A model generated the notes under the pieces. It saw only the letters and a list, made by a program, of their open reading frames with translations. It was not told the origin of the DNA and searched no databases. A program made the position numbers and the translations under genes. Positions 36,339-47,462 of a stretch of 64,000 nt of DNA are shown here, piece by piece; position 1 is the first letter of the stretch; each line of letters starts with the position of its first letter. Location: sequence record NC_019405.1, one strand, 5' to 3'.

Positions 36339-37037
36339 ATGGCGATCAACAGCACTGAACTCGTCGACCGGCTGATCAAGCTGGTCGCCTTCGGGGTCAC
36401 CAAGACCGGCAAGGCGTCCGACAAGTCCGGCTCGAACGAATCGATCCCTTCCCCGACCGTGGTGTTCCCCGAGAACATCTGGAACGAGAAGGGCCTGCTC
36501 CCGGCCCTGCCGCCGGCGGCCGACACGCCTCAGGTCAAGGTCTATTCGGGCGCCACGCGCATCCGGGCGACCGCCGACCCGACCGCCCAGCCCAACGAGA
36601 CGTGGCTGGCGACCTCGACCTATGGGACGCCGTCGACGCGGCTGACCAACTTCATCGCTCCCTCGGTGGGCGGCTCGGGCTACGCGGCCCGCGTCTTCAT
36701 CGGGGACCCCAACACCGGCCCGGCGGCCCGTATCTTCCCCGACACCACGGGCGAGGAATGGACCTTCGACTATATCGCCGGCGTCCTCAACTTCCCGACC
36801 GCCGTGCCGGGCTCCAAGACCGCCACGATCGGCACGGGGTCCGTCAGCATCGCGGCCAACGGTATCTATCTCGAACTCTACCGCTACATCGGGGCCACCG
36901 GCGGCGGCGGAGGCGGGGTCGACCCCGGCAGTCTCGGCACCATGGCCTACCAGGACGCCGACGCGGTCGACATCACCGGAGGCGACATCAGCAACGTCGT
37001 CTTCACCAACGTCACCATCGACGGTGGAACCTTCTAA
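36339..37037 (+). CDS. Putative virion structural protein (232 aa)
   Basis: Ends LGTMAYQDADAVDITGG, a fibre-like motif. Confidence 0.8.
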   Translation: MAINSTELVDRLIKLVAFGVTKTGKASDKSGSNESIPSPTVVFPENIWNEKGLLPALPPAADTPQVKVYSGATRIRATADPTAQPNETWLATSTYGTPSTRLTNFIAPSVGGSGYAARVFIGDPNTGPAARIFPDTTGEEWTFDYIAGVLNFPTAVPGSKTATIGTGSVSIAANGIYLELYRYIGATGGGGGGVDPGSLGTMAYQDADAVDITGGDISNVVFTNVTIDGGTF

Positions 37038-37057
37038 CCCCCCAGGAGCCCTGAACC

Positions 37058-37474
37058 ATGGCCTCTCTCGTCTACAACTCCATGCTGCACGATCTGGTCA
37101 ATGGCGACATCGCCTTTGACACCGACACCTTCAAGGTGATGCTGGTGACCTCGGCCTACACGCCGAACAAGGACACTCACACCCGCAAGAACCAAGTCAC
37201 CAACGAGGTGACCGGCGCGGGCTACACCGCCGGCGGTCAGACCTCGGCCGTGACCATCACGCCCGACACCGCCAACGACCGCGAGGACCTGTCCTTCGCC
37301 ACGGTCACCTGGACCAGCGCCACCATCACCGCCCGCGCGGCCGTGATCTACAAGGACACCGGCACGGCCACGACCTCGCCGCTGATCGCCTATGTCGACT
37401 TCGGCACGGACGTGTCGTCGACCAACGCGAACTTCGCCGTGTCGTTCTCGTCGCCGCTGCGCTTCCAGAACTAA
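37058..37474 (+). CDS. Putative virion structural protein (138 aa)
   Basis: DT.KVMLV...NEV.G.GYTAGG conserved phage structural pattern. Confidence 0.85.
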   Translation: MASLVYNSMLHDLVNGDIAFDTDTFKVMLVTSAYTPNKDTHTRKNQVTNEVTGAGYTAGGQTSAVTITPDTANDREDLSFATVTWTSATITARAAVIYKDTGTATTSPLIAYVDFGTDVSSTNANFAVSFSSPLRFQN

Positions 37475-37481
37475 GCCCTAA

Positions 37482-37505
37482 GTCACGATCCCATAGGATC
37501 GTGAC
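37482..37505. promoter_or_regulatory. Perfect palindrome TAAGTCACGATCC-CATA-GGATCGTGACTTA
   Basis: GTCA-N16-TGAC family, before the giant fibre gene. Confidence 0.75.
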
Positions 37506-37548
37506 TTAGTCCGCCTCCTCGTCTCCGCCGCCTCAAGGGTCCTTCGCG

Positions 37549-40500
37549 TTGGTCGATATCGTCGCCGGCACGCCTGTGTCCGTCTCCTATTCGGGGGCGT
37601 CGACGACCTATGTCGCGGCGGAAACGGGCTTGATGACCGTCCACCTGTGGGGTGGCGCGGGCGCGGGCGGCTACTACGCCAACGGCTCGGGCAACGCCAA
37701 CAAGTATGGCGGCGCGGGCGGCTACGCCACCCTTAACTTCCTGGTCAAGGAAGGCGATGTCCTGACCATCGAGGTGGGGCAAGGTGGGCAGGTCCCTACG
37801 GGATCGGGAACGACCGTAACCGCAGGCGGCGCCGGCGGTTGGCCCGACGGCGGCTATGGCGGTAAATCGACCAGTGCGTGGGTTGGCCTGGGCGGCGGCG
37901 GTGGCTCGACCCGCCTCTACCGTAATGGCGAACTGATCGGCGTCGCCGGCGGCGGCGGCGGCGCGACCGGCTTCTACAACGGTGGCAATGGCGGCGGCAT
38001 GGTCGGTCTGGCCTCCGCCGATGCCTCGTCGGGGGCTGGAGGCACCCAGAGCGCGGGTGGCGTCGCCGGCTCGGGCACCCTGGCGATCCAATCCGGTCAG
38101 GGGTTCCAAGGTGGGCGCGGTGGCACGACCGCCTCGACCGCTCATGCCTATGCCGGCGGCGGCGGCGGCGGCGGCCTCTATGGTGGCGCCTCCAACGGCG
38201 GCGGCTCCGGCGCCCATGGCTCGGGCGGCGGCGGTTCGGGCTACATCAACCAGAACCTCCTCTATTCCGGCCGTCTCCAGGCGGGCCGCATCGACGCGCT
38301 CGGCGTGCCGTTCGATGTCGCCGGCATCCGCCCGGCTGGCGTCGCCGAGGGCGGCACGGGTCCGACGGTCGCGAGCACCGGCTGGGGTTCGATCACGCCG
38401 GGCGGTAATGGCTTCGCCTATCTCTCTCTGACCTCCGTGGCCTCGGCGACGGCCTTCCCGACCTCGGGCACGACCACGCTCGCCTATAGCGGCGCCCGGC
38501 AGGTCTACACCGTCACCCAGCTTTCGACCGTCGACATCGAGATGTGGGGCGGCGGCGGTGGCGGCGGCTTCTACACCTCCGGCGGAGCCTCCCCGCGCTA
38601 TGGCGGCGCGGGCGGCTACACCAAGTTCACCAAGGTCCTGTTCCCCGGCGATATCGTCGAGATCGAGGTCGGTCAGGGCGGTCAGGCCCCGACCGGGGTC
38701 GGCGGCAATATCGGTGGCTTCGGCGGCTGGCCCAACGGCGGCGACGGCGGACGCTCGTCGGTCAATTCCGCCACCAATTTTGGCGGCGGCGGCGGCTCGA
38801 CCAACATCTATGTCAACGGACGCCTGCTCGGCGTCGCCTCGGGCGGCGGCGGCGCGACCGGCTTCTATAACGGCGGCAATGGCGGTGGCAAGTGGGGGCT
38901 TGCTGACGCCGCTGCCGCGTCCGGCACGGCAGGCACCTGGGCGTGCGACAACAGCACCAGCACCGGTCTGGCGCGCGGCTTCTTCCTGCGCGGCGGCCAT
39001 GGTTCGCCGAATGAATCGCGTGACGTCGCCCACCCCAACGCGGGCGCGGGCGGCGGCGGCGGCTACTGGGGCGGCGGCGGCGCGCGCGGCGGCTCGGGCA
39101 CCCATGGCGCGGGAGGCGGCGGCTGCGGCTTCATCAACGGTGACCTGACCTGGAACCGCGACTACCAGTGGGGTACGCAAGGCACCGGCCAGCCCTATAC
39201 GGGCGGCGCCTATGCCGCTGGCGTGGGCGTGGGCGGCACCTGCGGCAACACCGCCGGCACCACGAGCAACGGCGGCGACGGCCAGATCGTCTTCACCGTC
39301 ACGGCCGCCAGCACCGCGACCCTGCCGACCGACAAGAACGCCCTGACCTATACCGGCGCGGTGCAGCACTATGTCGCCCCGTCCGCCGGCGTCATCGACC
39401 TGAAGATGTGGGGGTCTGGCGGCGGCTCGGGCGTGCGCACCTCGGGCACGCCCGGTCGTGGCGGCGGCGGTGGCTGCACGCTGGTCCCCTTCGTGCCGAT
39501 CAAGGCGGGGGACATCATCACCTTCGCCGTGGGGCAAGGTGGTCGCGGCGCGGTCGATGCCAACTCCATCTCACCCGGAGGCTGGCCCAACGGCGGCTAT
39601 TCGGGTCCCTCGGCCTCGGCCGGTGGTGGCGGCGCCAGCCTGTTCTATGTCAATGGCGAGCTTGTCGCGGTCGCTGGCTCCGGCGCGGGCGCCGGTATCT
39701 CCAACGGCGGGTTCCCCGGTGGTTCGGCTTCGTGCGATCCCGGCTACGTTAACTTCACCTCCCACGGCGGCACCCAGACCACGGCGGGCTGGTGCCCCAC
39801 GCGCGTGCTCGAAGGCACCACCTATGGCACCTACATGCTGGCCGGCGACGGCCAGATCGATGGCGTCGCTCCCAACAACGTCAACGTCAACACAGGCGGC
39901 GGCGGCGGCGGCGGCTATTATGGCGGCGGCGGCAACGCCACTAACTCCAGCCGCTATTGGGGCGGCAACGGTGGCTCGGGCTACATCAATCCCAAATATA
40001 CCGGTACGATCACTGGCGCGTCGAGCGCGCTTGCCGCCAACAACACCGATCCTGACTATGTCGCCGGCGTCGGTGTCGCCGGTGTCGGCTCGACGACCTA
40101 TAACAACCCTGTCACCAATGGCGGTGACGGTCAGATCGTCTTCACCTACGAAATCCCGCCCAATCTGGTCGAAAGCCTGACCACGGCGGTGCCGGTCGAC
40201 GGAACGGTCAAGACCTACATCGTCGGCGCTGACGGTAACCTCGTGCTCGACCTGTGGGGCGGCGGCGGCGGCGCGGCGACCATGCTGGCCGCCGGCGGCA
40301 GCGAGCGCGGCGGCGGCGGCGGTTATGTGGGGGGCACCATTCCGGTCACGGCCGGACAGATCATCCGGTTCTATAATGGTCGTGGCGGCGGCGGTGGGGT
40401 CTATACCAGCGGCACGGCCACGGCCCTGGTAGGCACGGGCGGACCTGGAGGTTGGCCGGATGGTGGGGCCGGGGGCTATTATGCCGGGGCGGCGCCGTCG

Positions 40501-43500
40501 ACCAACGGCATCCTCGCGGGCGCCGGTGGTGGCTCTTCGCGGGTCTATATCGATGACCAACTGATCCTGGTGGCCGGCGGCGGCGGCGGCGGCGGCGATG
40601 GCACCGGCACCCGCACGCCCGGCGGGGGTGGCGGCCTGACTGGTGGCAATTCGGATATTCCCTCGGGCCAAAACTTTGGTGCCACGCAGATTCGTGGCGG
40701 TTATAACAGCAACCGACCGACCGACCCGGTCACGACCGGTGGTCTCTTCCGGGGCGGCGCGGGCTACGTCTCGGGGGGCTCGAACAGCATCAGCGCCACC
40801 TCGCCCGGCGGCGGCGGCGGCGGCGGTCTGTTCGGCGGCGGCGGCTCGGGCAACTCCACGATCTACATCGGCGGCGCTGGTGGCTCGGGCTTCATCTTTG
40901 ATGGCCTGACGCTCTCGAAGACCGATCCTTTCCGCGCCGAAGTCATTGCCCAGATGACCTTCGAGACGGGTGGCGTCATCGACGACGGCCGTCAGCGCGA
41001 AATTCTGCCGGTCGACACCGCGCCGACGGCGGTCACCACCTCGCCCAAGTACGGCGCCTATTGCGGTAACTATCCCGGCAGCGGTCATACCACTATGACT
41101 GTGCCGGCCTTCGGCCTGCAAAACTTCACGATCGAGGCGTGGTTCAGCCCCAACTCGCTGTCCAGCGGCGTCCTGTTCGCCTATGGTAACAGCGGCGTCG
41201 GTGGCTTCTCCCTGCACTATAACGTCAACACCCTGACCCTGCGCCACAACGGCGACACGGCCACCGACCTGACTTGGGCCGACACCGCTCGCGTCGCCAA
41301 CGTCTGGGCGCACTACGCCGTCGTCCGCGACATGGCCGGCACCCGCGTCTACAAGGACGGGCGGCTGGTGATGACCTATGTCAACTCGATCGGCACCAGC
41401 TTTACCGCCACGCAACTGACCCTGGCCAACTATACGGGGGCAGCGGGTAATAGCACGCGCTTCACCGGCCGGATCGACGAGTTCCGCGCCACCCTGGGCG
41501 CATGCCGCTACGTCAAGCCGTTCACGCCGTCGTCGTTTGCGGCGGTGTCGACTTCTGTCCCGACCCTGACGACCATCACCCAAGCCCCGCAAGGCTCGTC
41601 GGGCACCGCCGCCAACAACGGCTCGGCGAAATATATTGCCGGACGGGGCATGGGCGCCCTGACGCGTCTCACGGCTGGCACCGCTCCATCGGGCGGCGAC
41701 GGTCAGATCAGTTATTTCATCGCCACCTCCACGGTCTCGGCGGCGGGGCCGATCGGCACGGTCATCGTCTCGGGTCTGACCGACGCCGCCGCCGGCGCCT
41801 TCTATCCCCTCCCGCCGGTGGGTTCGGTCGTCGTCGAGCCTTATAGTGGCGCGCGCGTAAACTACGAGGTCACCGAAGCCGTCGGCGCGCGGATCAAGGT
41901 CGAGATGTGGGGCGGCGGCGGCGGCGGCAGTTCGGCCAACACCACCCTGACCACCAACGGCGGTGGCGGCGGCGGCTACACCGTCATCGAACTCGACCTT
42001 GTTCAGGGCGATCGGATCACCGTCCAGACGCCGTCGGGCGGCGCGGGCGGCGTCAACGCCGGTAGTGGCTCGGCGATCAACCTCGGTGGTTATCCCGACG
42101 GCGGTGACGGTTATCGGCCGGCCTTCACGGCGCTCAACTGCGGTGGCGGCGGCTCGGCGCGTCTGTGGGCGCAAGGCAATCTGGCGGCCGTCGCCGGCGG
42201 CGGCGGCGGCGCGGCCTATGGCGGCGGCGCCTATGACTTCCCTGGCGGCGCGGGCGGCGGCAACCTCGGCGGCCCCGGCGCCTATGACGGCGTCAACGCC
42301 CCCTTCCCCAATGGCGGCGGCACCCAGGTCGCGGGCGGCGCGGGTACGGCCAACGGCGTCAATGGGACGTCGCTGCAAGGCGGGCACGGCGGCACCGTTT
42401 CGGGGATCGCCAACAACGGCTGCGGCGGCGGCGGCGGCTATTATGGCGGCGGCGGCGGCGGCGCCTATAAGTCGGGTGGCGGCGGCTCGGGCTACGTCAA
42501 CACGGGCCTGCCGGGCTACCGCACGGGCTCCACCACGGGCGGCTCGGGCAACTTGCCGGCCGGCATGTCCTCGCCCAACTACGTTTCGGGCATTGGCGTC
42601 GGCTCGAACGGCAAGGGCGGGGCGTTCACCAACGGCGGCAACGGCCGGATCGTCATCTCGGTCATCACCCCGACGCCGGGCAACGCGTCGGGCTCGATCG
42701 GCACCGTCAACGTCTCGGGCCTGAACAATTTCGGTCTGTTGATCGGCGTTCCGACCGGGCCGCTCGACACCATCGACGTCGTTGTTCCGGTCGGCGTCTC
42801 GGGCCAGCCCGGTTTCGCCGAAGGCCCGCTGACCACCATTGGCGTCGGCCCGGCCGAGACGATTCCCCGGGCCCAGGCGATCGTCATCGTCCCGATCAAC
42901 GATCAGACCTCGATCCTGATCGAACCGCCGATCAACGCGCCACTGGAGGTCCCTGGCGACGGGATCGGCGAGCTTGACACGATCCTCGTCTCGCCGTTCG
43001 ATTCGACCCAGACGGCGGGTGTCGCCTTCGATGTGGCGGACCTGCCGACCATCATCCTGACCGCGCCCGAGGGCGAGGCGGTCGAGATTCCCCCGGTCTT
43101 GACGTCCGGCGATATCGGCACGGTCGTGGTCACCACGCCCGAGGCGACGACCCAGATCATTCCGCCGGTCGAGACCAGCGGGGCCATCGGCACCATCACC
43201 GTGGTGACGGTGACGGGCGAGGCGTCGTGGAATAACAACGTCTCGGCCTCGGGCGATATCGGCACGATCACCCTCGCCGCGCCGACCGCCGACGCCGTGG
43301 GCGACGATCTAGCCATGGGCGATATCGGCACGATCACGGTGATCGCGCCCGAGGGCGTGGCGCTCCAGGACGCCGCCGTCGCGGCCGACATCGGCACCAT
43401 CTCGGTCTATCCGATCGAGGGTGGTCAACCCGGCGACGCGGTCGGCGACATCCCCTATATTCAGGTGGTCACGCCGGGCGCGACGGTCAACGCCTCGTCG

Positions 43501-45948
43501 GGCGACGACATCTCGCTCTACGCCGATATCGGCACGATCTATGTCCTTCAGGTCTACGGCCAGGGCTTCTGGATTTCCGAGGACAACTACGTCCACGCCC
43601 TGCCGGACCCGCTGATCGTCAGCATCACCGCCGCGCCGCAAGCCTCGGCGCGCGGCGACGTCCATATCGTCCAGCCGCTGCCGACCATCGTCGTCACCGC
43701 GCCGGTCCCGGTCGCGGCCGGTAATGCCCTGGCCGACGCCTATACGGGCGATTTCATCATCCTGGTCGCCGCGCCGGTTCCGCAAACGGAACTGAACGCG
43801 AACGTCAACGTGGCGATGCCGCCGCCGATCGTCATCAACGGCAATGACGCGGAAGCCTCGCTTGACGTCACCGTCCCGTTCAGCGACACGGCGGTGTTCA
43901 TCACCGGCCCCGAGGCTCTGGGTCTGGGCTTCCACGGGGCGGACCTTGGTCCGCCGATCGTGGTCACGCCGCCGCAGGGCGGTCCGGAGATTTCGGTCGA
44001 AATCTTTGTCGATCCCGGCACGATCCTGGTGGAGGCCCCGCGCTTCCACTATATCCCGCCGATCACGGTTCTGCCGCCCGAAGGCGTGGCGCTCGACGCC
44101 AAGTCGGCCGAGGCCTCCGGTGATCTCGGCACCATCACCATCGGGGTCCCGACCGGCGGCTACCAAGCCAACGTCGCCATCAACCTGCCGCTGCCGACGA
44201 TCTTCGTCAACGTCCCGCAGGTCATGGTCTTCGCCTCGGTCGCCGTCTCGGGCGACATCGGGACGATCACCCTCACCCCGCCGGCCGCCACCCTGACCAC
44301 CGGCGCGGACGCGGCCTTCACCCTGCCCGGCCCGATCGTCGTCACCGCGCCCGAGGCGACGGCGACGGCGGGCACGGCGGCGGCGACCTCCGGCGCCCTG
44401 ACCACGATCACCCTGACCCCGCCTGAGGGTTCGGTCTCGACCGGCGCGGCGGCGGCGACCTCGGGCGCGATCGGCACGATCCTCGTCTCGCCGTTCGACG
44501 GCAGCGTCTTCATCTCCTATCCGGGCAATGCGTCGGGCGCGATCGGCACGATCGTCGTCACGCCGCCGGCCGCGACCGTCTCCAACGGCCGCAACCTGTC
44601 GATCGCCCTGCCCGGCCCGATCATCGTCACCCCGCCTGCGGCCCAGCCTCAGGCTGGCGCGGCGCTCTCCGGCGACATCGGTACGATCGTCGTCACCAGC
44701 CCGGATGGTCAGGGCACCGGCGACACCGTGCTGGCCTCGGGCGCGATCGGCACGATCGTCGTCACCACCCCGGACGGCGCGGCGACCGGGCGGGGCCTGG
44801 GCACGGGCGCGATTGGCACGATCGTCGTCACTCCGCCGGCCGCGACCCTGACCACCGGCGCCAACAAGGCCGCCGCCCTTCCCGGCCCGATCATCGTCAC
44901 CCCGCCGGTCGGCGTGGGCCGCGTCCCCGCCGCCGGCGCGGGCGATCTAGCGACGATCACCATCACCAGCACGCCTGAAGCCACCCTTTCGGTGGGCCAG
45001 GACATCGCTGGTCAGATCGGCACGATCAGCATCATCCCGCCCGAGGCGCTGCCGCAGGGCTCGGTGTTCGTCGACCCGACCGACGAAATGGTCGTGCAGG
45101 TCCTGCCCCCGCAGGCCATCCTCTTCCGCGAGGCCACGGTCATCGTCGGCTTCCCGACGGTCTATCTGGTCGCGCCCGAGGCGATCACCTATTCGCTGGC
45201 CGAATTCGCCTCGATCACCCTGCTGCCGCCGGACGCCTATGTCGACGTCCCGCTCCCGCTGGGCAAGAACCGCATCCGCTACCGCCGCAACACCACCGCC
45301 GGCCGCGCCCCGACCAGCCTGCGGCCCAACGAGATCGCCCTGAATGAGACCGACGGCTTGCTGTTCACGCGCGACGGCGCCGGCGCGGTCAAGGCCACCC
45401 CGCTGGGCTTCCTGACCGGCGCGGGCGTGCCGCCGCCGATCACCGACAACGGCAAGGTCCTGTCGGGCGGCCTGTCCTGGGAGACGCCGAACACCCGCTA
45501 CCTCCTGCCGGTCCGCAACGCGCCGCCGGCCGGCGCGCGCATCGCCCTGGGCGAGGGCGTGGTGGGCGTCACGACCTTCACCCCGACGGTCGACGTCACC
45601 TACACGCGCCCGTTCTTCGTGGCCAAGACCATCGACATCCAGGCGCTGTCGGTCGACGTGGTGGGTGCCGCCGCCGCCACCGCCGAACTGGGCCTGATCG
45701 GCTGGTCCCTGACGGGCGTCCCCGGCGCGACCCTGGCGCTCGGCACGGTCAGCACCGCGACTACCGGCGTCAAGACGGCGACCGGCACGGCCGTGACCTT
45801 GACGCCGGGCTGGTACGCCTCCACCTTCAAGGTCACCGGCGCGGCGGGGGCGTCGTTCCGGGCTCCGACCGCACCGACGGCGATCGCGCCGGACCTCACC
45901 GTGACGCCGGGCGCCCCGGCGCCGGTCATGGCAGACCTGGAGGCCTAA
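37549..45948 (+). CDS. Giant Gly-rich / LamG lectin-like fibre protein (2799 aa), candidate head-filament or fibre component
   Basis: Repeated .MWGGGGGG Gly-rich domains; LamG/concanavalin segment (FTIEAWF...HYAVVR...G.IDEFR); ~20-aa GDIGTIxV repeats; C-terminal attachment motif. Confidence 0.88.
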   Translation: MVDIVAGTPVSVSYSGASTTYVAAETGLMTVHLWGGAGAGGYYANGSGNANKYGGAGGYATLNFLVKEGDVLTIEVGQGGQVPTGSGTTVTAGGAGGWPDGGYGGKSTSAWVGLGGGGGSTRLYRNGELIGVAGGGGGATGFYNGGNGGGMVGLASADASSGAGGTQSAGGVAGSGTLAIQSGQGFQGGRGGTTASTAHAYAGGGGGGGLYGGASNGGGSGAHGSGGGGSGYINQNLLYSGRLQAGRIDALGVPFDVAGIRPAGVAEGGTGPTVASTGWGSITPGGNGFAYLSLTSVASATAFPTSGTTTLAYSGARQVYTVTQLSTVDIEMWGGGGGGGFYTSGGASPRYGGAGGYTKFTKVLFPGDIVEIEVGQGGQAPTGVGGNIGGFGGWPNGGDGGRSSVNSATNFGGGGGSTNIYVNGRLLGVASGGGGATGFYNGGNGGGKWGLADAAAASGTAGTWACDNSTSTGLARGFFLRGGHGSPNESRDVAHPNAGAGGGGGYWGGGGARGGSGTHGAGGGGCGFINGDLTWNRDYQWGTQGTGQPYTGGAYAAGVGVGGTCGNTAGTTSNGGDGQIVFTVTAASTATLPTDKNALTYTGAVQHYVAPSAGVIDLKMWGSGGGSGVRTSGTPGRGGGGGCTLVPFVPIKAGDIITFAVGQGGRGAVDANSISPGGWPNGGYSGPSASAGGGGASLFYVNGELVAVAGSGAGAGISNGGFPGGSASCDPGYVNFTSHGGTQTTAGWCPTRVLEGTTYGTYMLAGDGQIDGVAPNNVNVNTGGGGGGGYYGGGGNATNSSRYWGGNGGSGYINPKYTGTITGASSALAANNTDPDYVAGVGVAGVGSTTYNNPVTNGGDGQIVFTYEIPPNLVESLTTAVPVDGTVKTYIVGADGNLVLDLWGGGGGAATMLAAGGSERGGGGGYVGGTIPVTAGQIIRFYNGRGGGGGVYTSGTATALVGTGGPGGWPDGGAGGYYAGAAPSTNGILAGAGGGSSRVYIDDQLILVAGGGGGGGDGTGTRTPGGGGGLTGGNSDIPSGQNFGATQIRGGYNSNRPTDPVTTGGLFRGGAGYVSGGSNSISATSPGGGGGGGLFGGGGSGNSTIYIGGAGGSGFIFDGLTLSKTDPFRAEVIAQMTFETGGVIDDGRQREILPVDTAPTAVTTSPKYGAYCGNYPGSGHTTMTVPAFGLQNFTIEAWFSPNSLSSGVLFAYGNSGVGGFSLHYNVNTLTLRHNGDTATDLTWADTARVANVWAHYAVVRDMAGTRVYKDGRLVMTYVNSIGTSFTATQLTLANYTGAAGNSTRFTGRIDEFRATLGACRYVKPFTPSSFAAVSTSVPTLTTITQAPQGSSGTAANNGSAKYIAGRGMGALTRLTAGTAPSGGDGQISYFIATSTVSAAGPIGTVIVSGLTDAAAGAFYPLPPVGSVVVEPYSGARVNYEVTEAVGARIKVEMWGGGGGGSSANTTLTTNGGGGGGYTVIELDLVQGDRITVQTPSGGAGGVNAGSGSAINLGGYPDGGDGYRPAFTALNCGGGGSARLWAQGNLAAVAGGGGGAAYGGGAYDFPGGAGGGNLGGPGAYDGVNAPFPNGGGTQVAGGAGTANGVNGTSLQGGHGGTVSGIANNGCGGGGGYYGGGGGGAYKSGGGGSGYVNTGLPGYRTGSTTGGSGNLPAGMSSPNYVSGIGVGSNGKGGAFTNGGNGRIVISVITPTPGNASGSIGTVNVSGLNNFGLLIGVPTGPLDTIDVVVPVGVSGQPGFAEGPLTTIGVGPAETIPRAQAIVIVPINDQTSILIEPPINAPLEVPGDGIGELDTILVSPFDSTQTAGVAFDVADLPTIILTAPEGEAVEIPPVLTSGDIGTVVVTTPEATTQIIPPVETSGAIGTITVVTVTGEASWNNNVSASGDIGTITLAAPTADAVGDDLAMGDIGTITVIAPEGVALQDAAVAADIGTISVYPIEGGQPGDAVGDIPYIQVVTPGATVNASSGDDISLYADIGTIYVLQVYGQGFWISEDNYVHALPDPLIVSITAAPQASARGDVHIVQPLPTIVVTAPVPVAAGNALADAYTGDFIILVAAPVPQTELNANVNVAMPPPIVINGNDAEASLDVTVPFSDTAVFITGPEALGLGFHGADLGPPIVVTPPQGGPEISVEIFVDPGTILVEAPRFHYIPPITVLPPEGVALDAKSAEASGDLGTITIGVPTGGYQANVAINLPLPTIFVNVPQVMVFASVAVSGDIGTITLTPPAATLTTGADAAFTLPGPIVVTAPEATATAGTAAATSGALTTITLTPPEGSVSTGAAAATSGAIGTILVSPFDGSVFISYPGNASGAIGTIVVTPPAATVSNGRNLSIALPGPIIVTPPAAQPQAGAALSGDIGTIVVTSPDGQGTGDTVLASGAIGTIVVTTPDGAATGRGLGTGAIGTIVVTPPAATLTTGANKAAALPGPIIVTPPVGVGRVPAAGAGDLATITITSTPEATLSVGQDIAGQIGTISIIPPEALPQGSVFVDPTDEMVVQVLPPQAILFREATVIVGFPTVYLVAPEAITYSLAEFASITLLPPDAYVDVPLPLGKNRIRYRRNTTAGRAPTSLRPNEIALNETDGLLFTRDGAGAVKATPLGFLTGAGVPPPITDNGKVLSGGLSWETPNTRYLLPVRNAPPAGARIALGEGVVGVTTFTPTVDVTYTRPFFVAKTIDIQALSVDVVGAAAATAELGLIGWSLTGVPGATLALGTVSTATTGVKTATGTAVTLTPGWYASTFKVTGAAGASFRAPTAPTAIAPDLTVTPGAPAPVMADLEA

Positions 45949-45952
45949 GACC

Positions 45953-46621
45953 ATGCCGACCAACATCAACATGGCGCCGGACACCACCCTGCTGGCCGAC
46001 ATCCTCCTCAATGGCGGGGCTGGCGCGCCGGCGGACCTGGAGGATGGCGAACTCTATATCGACGAGGCGGGCCGCAAGCTCTATGTTGAGACCGTGGTCG
46101 GCGTCCAGGCCATTCCGCTCGACGTCGGCTATGTCCCGCGCCGTCCCAGCGGCACGCCGCTCGATTACGTGGTCAACAAGACCGAGACCGGGGCCGAGTG
46201 GGGACCGCTGGAAGGCGGGGCCGGTGGCTCGCCGTTCGACGCGGCCGAGTTCCGCATCCCCGGCTTGGCTCCCACGGGCCTGGACACGGTTGCCATGCCC
46301 GGCGCCTCCGGAGGCCTGGGCCTGTTCGAGATGCCGATCCAGGACGTGCTCCTGAGCATCCGCGTACACGCCTCGGCGGGCGCGGGGTCCGTGACCGTGG
46401 CGCTCTATCCGTACAACGGCTCGCTCGGCTCGCTGATCTTCACTCAGACCCTGACCTTCGCCGCCCCCGAGGCCCAGGTCGTGCCCGTGTCCCAGCCCCT
46501 GACGCCGGGCGTCTACGCCTGGGTCTGGACCGGGACCGACGGCCTGACCCTCGACGCGATCAAGGGCTCGCTCCCGTGGGCGACGCGCGAGCAAACCCAT
46601 CCCGTGGCGATGAAGTTCTAA
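45953..46621 (+). CDS. Fibre-associated protein (222 aa)
   Basis: N-terminal PADLEDGELYID motif. Confidence 0.8.
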   Translation: MPTNINMAPDTTLLADILLNGGAGAPADLEDGELYIDEAGRKLYVETVVGVQAIPLDVGYVPRRPSGTPLDYVVNKTETGAEWGPLEGGAGGSPFDAAEFRIPGLAPTGLDTVAMPGASGGLGLFEMPIQDVLLSIRVHASAGAGSVTVALYPYNGSLGSLIFTQTLTFAAPEAQVVPVSQPLTPGVYAWVWTGTDGLTLDAIKGSLPWATREQTHPVAMKF

Positions 46622-46623
46622 CG

Positions 46624-47400
46624 ATGGCGATCCAGAACCCCCATTCCACCACGCCCGGCGCCATGCCGCACCTGACGCCCGGCGAGATCGGCGTCAACAA
46701 GGCCGACGACATCCTCTGGTTCCGCTCGCAGGGGCGCCGCGTGCCGATCATCCTGAGCGACCTTGACCGCGCCCCGCCGGCGGACGGCTATGTCGGCGCG
46801 CCCCTGACCCTGGTGGACGGCGCGCCGGCCTGGAACGTCAAGCTCTTGCCGTCCTCGATCGTCTCCGGCGCGGTCAAGGTCGATCTCCCGCCCGCCGCCG
46901 GGCTACACGCCGTGCCGAGCGTCCTGCTCCAGGGCCTGGGGGCCGATCGCGCCCTGGCGGCCAATGATCTGGACCTCACCCCCTTCTATGTCCGCTCCGA
47001 CTCCATCACCCTGACCCATCTGGCCTTCAGCGTGCGCTCGGCGGGCGCGCCGGCCATGCGCGTGGGGATCGTCGACAGCTTCGGCGTCGTCCAGGCCGAC
47101 ATCCTGGTCGCCGCGCCGGTCGTGGGGGCCAATGTCGTGGCTCTCTCGCCGGTCCTGACTCTCCAGCGCGGCGTCTACCGCACCATCCTGGCGACGACCG
47201 GGGCGGTGACCGTGGGGATCGCCACGGGCGCGCGCATGGAGCAGGGCTGGGACATCATCGCCGACGCGCCGTCGTTCATCCGGGGCTACAGCGGCAGCAA
47301 GAACACCGGCGGCGGTATCGGGAGCCTGCCGGCGCTGACCCCGCGCCGCGATCCCACGCCGGGCCAGGATCACGCCGTCCTCCTGCGCTGGACGGCGTGA
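46624..47400 (+). CDS. Fibre-associated protein (258 aa)
   Basis: N-terminal STTPG.MP.LTPGEIGVN motif; C-terminus similar to the end of the giant protein. Confidence 0.8.
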   Translation: MAIQNPHSTTPGAMPHLTPGEIGVNKADDILWFRSQGRRVPIILSDLDRAPPADGYVGAPLTLVDGAPAWNVKLLPSSIVSGAVKVDLPPAAGLHAVPSVLLQGLGADRALAANDLDLTPFYVRSDSITLTHLAFSVRSAGAPAMRVGIVDSFGVVQADILVAAPVVGANVVALSPVLTLQRGVYRTILATTGAVTVGIATGARMEQGWDIIADAPSFIRGYSGSKNTGGGIGSLPALTPRRDPTPGQDHAVLLRWTA

Positions 47401-47462
47401 ATCTTGACACTCGGTCGAAATACGGTTAACCTGCGCGCTCATCTGGAGTTTCGAGCGCCATC

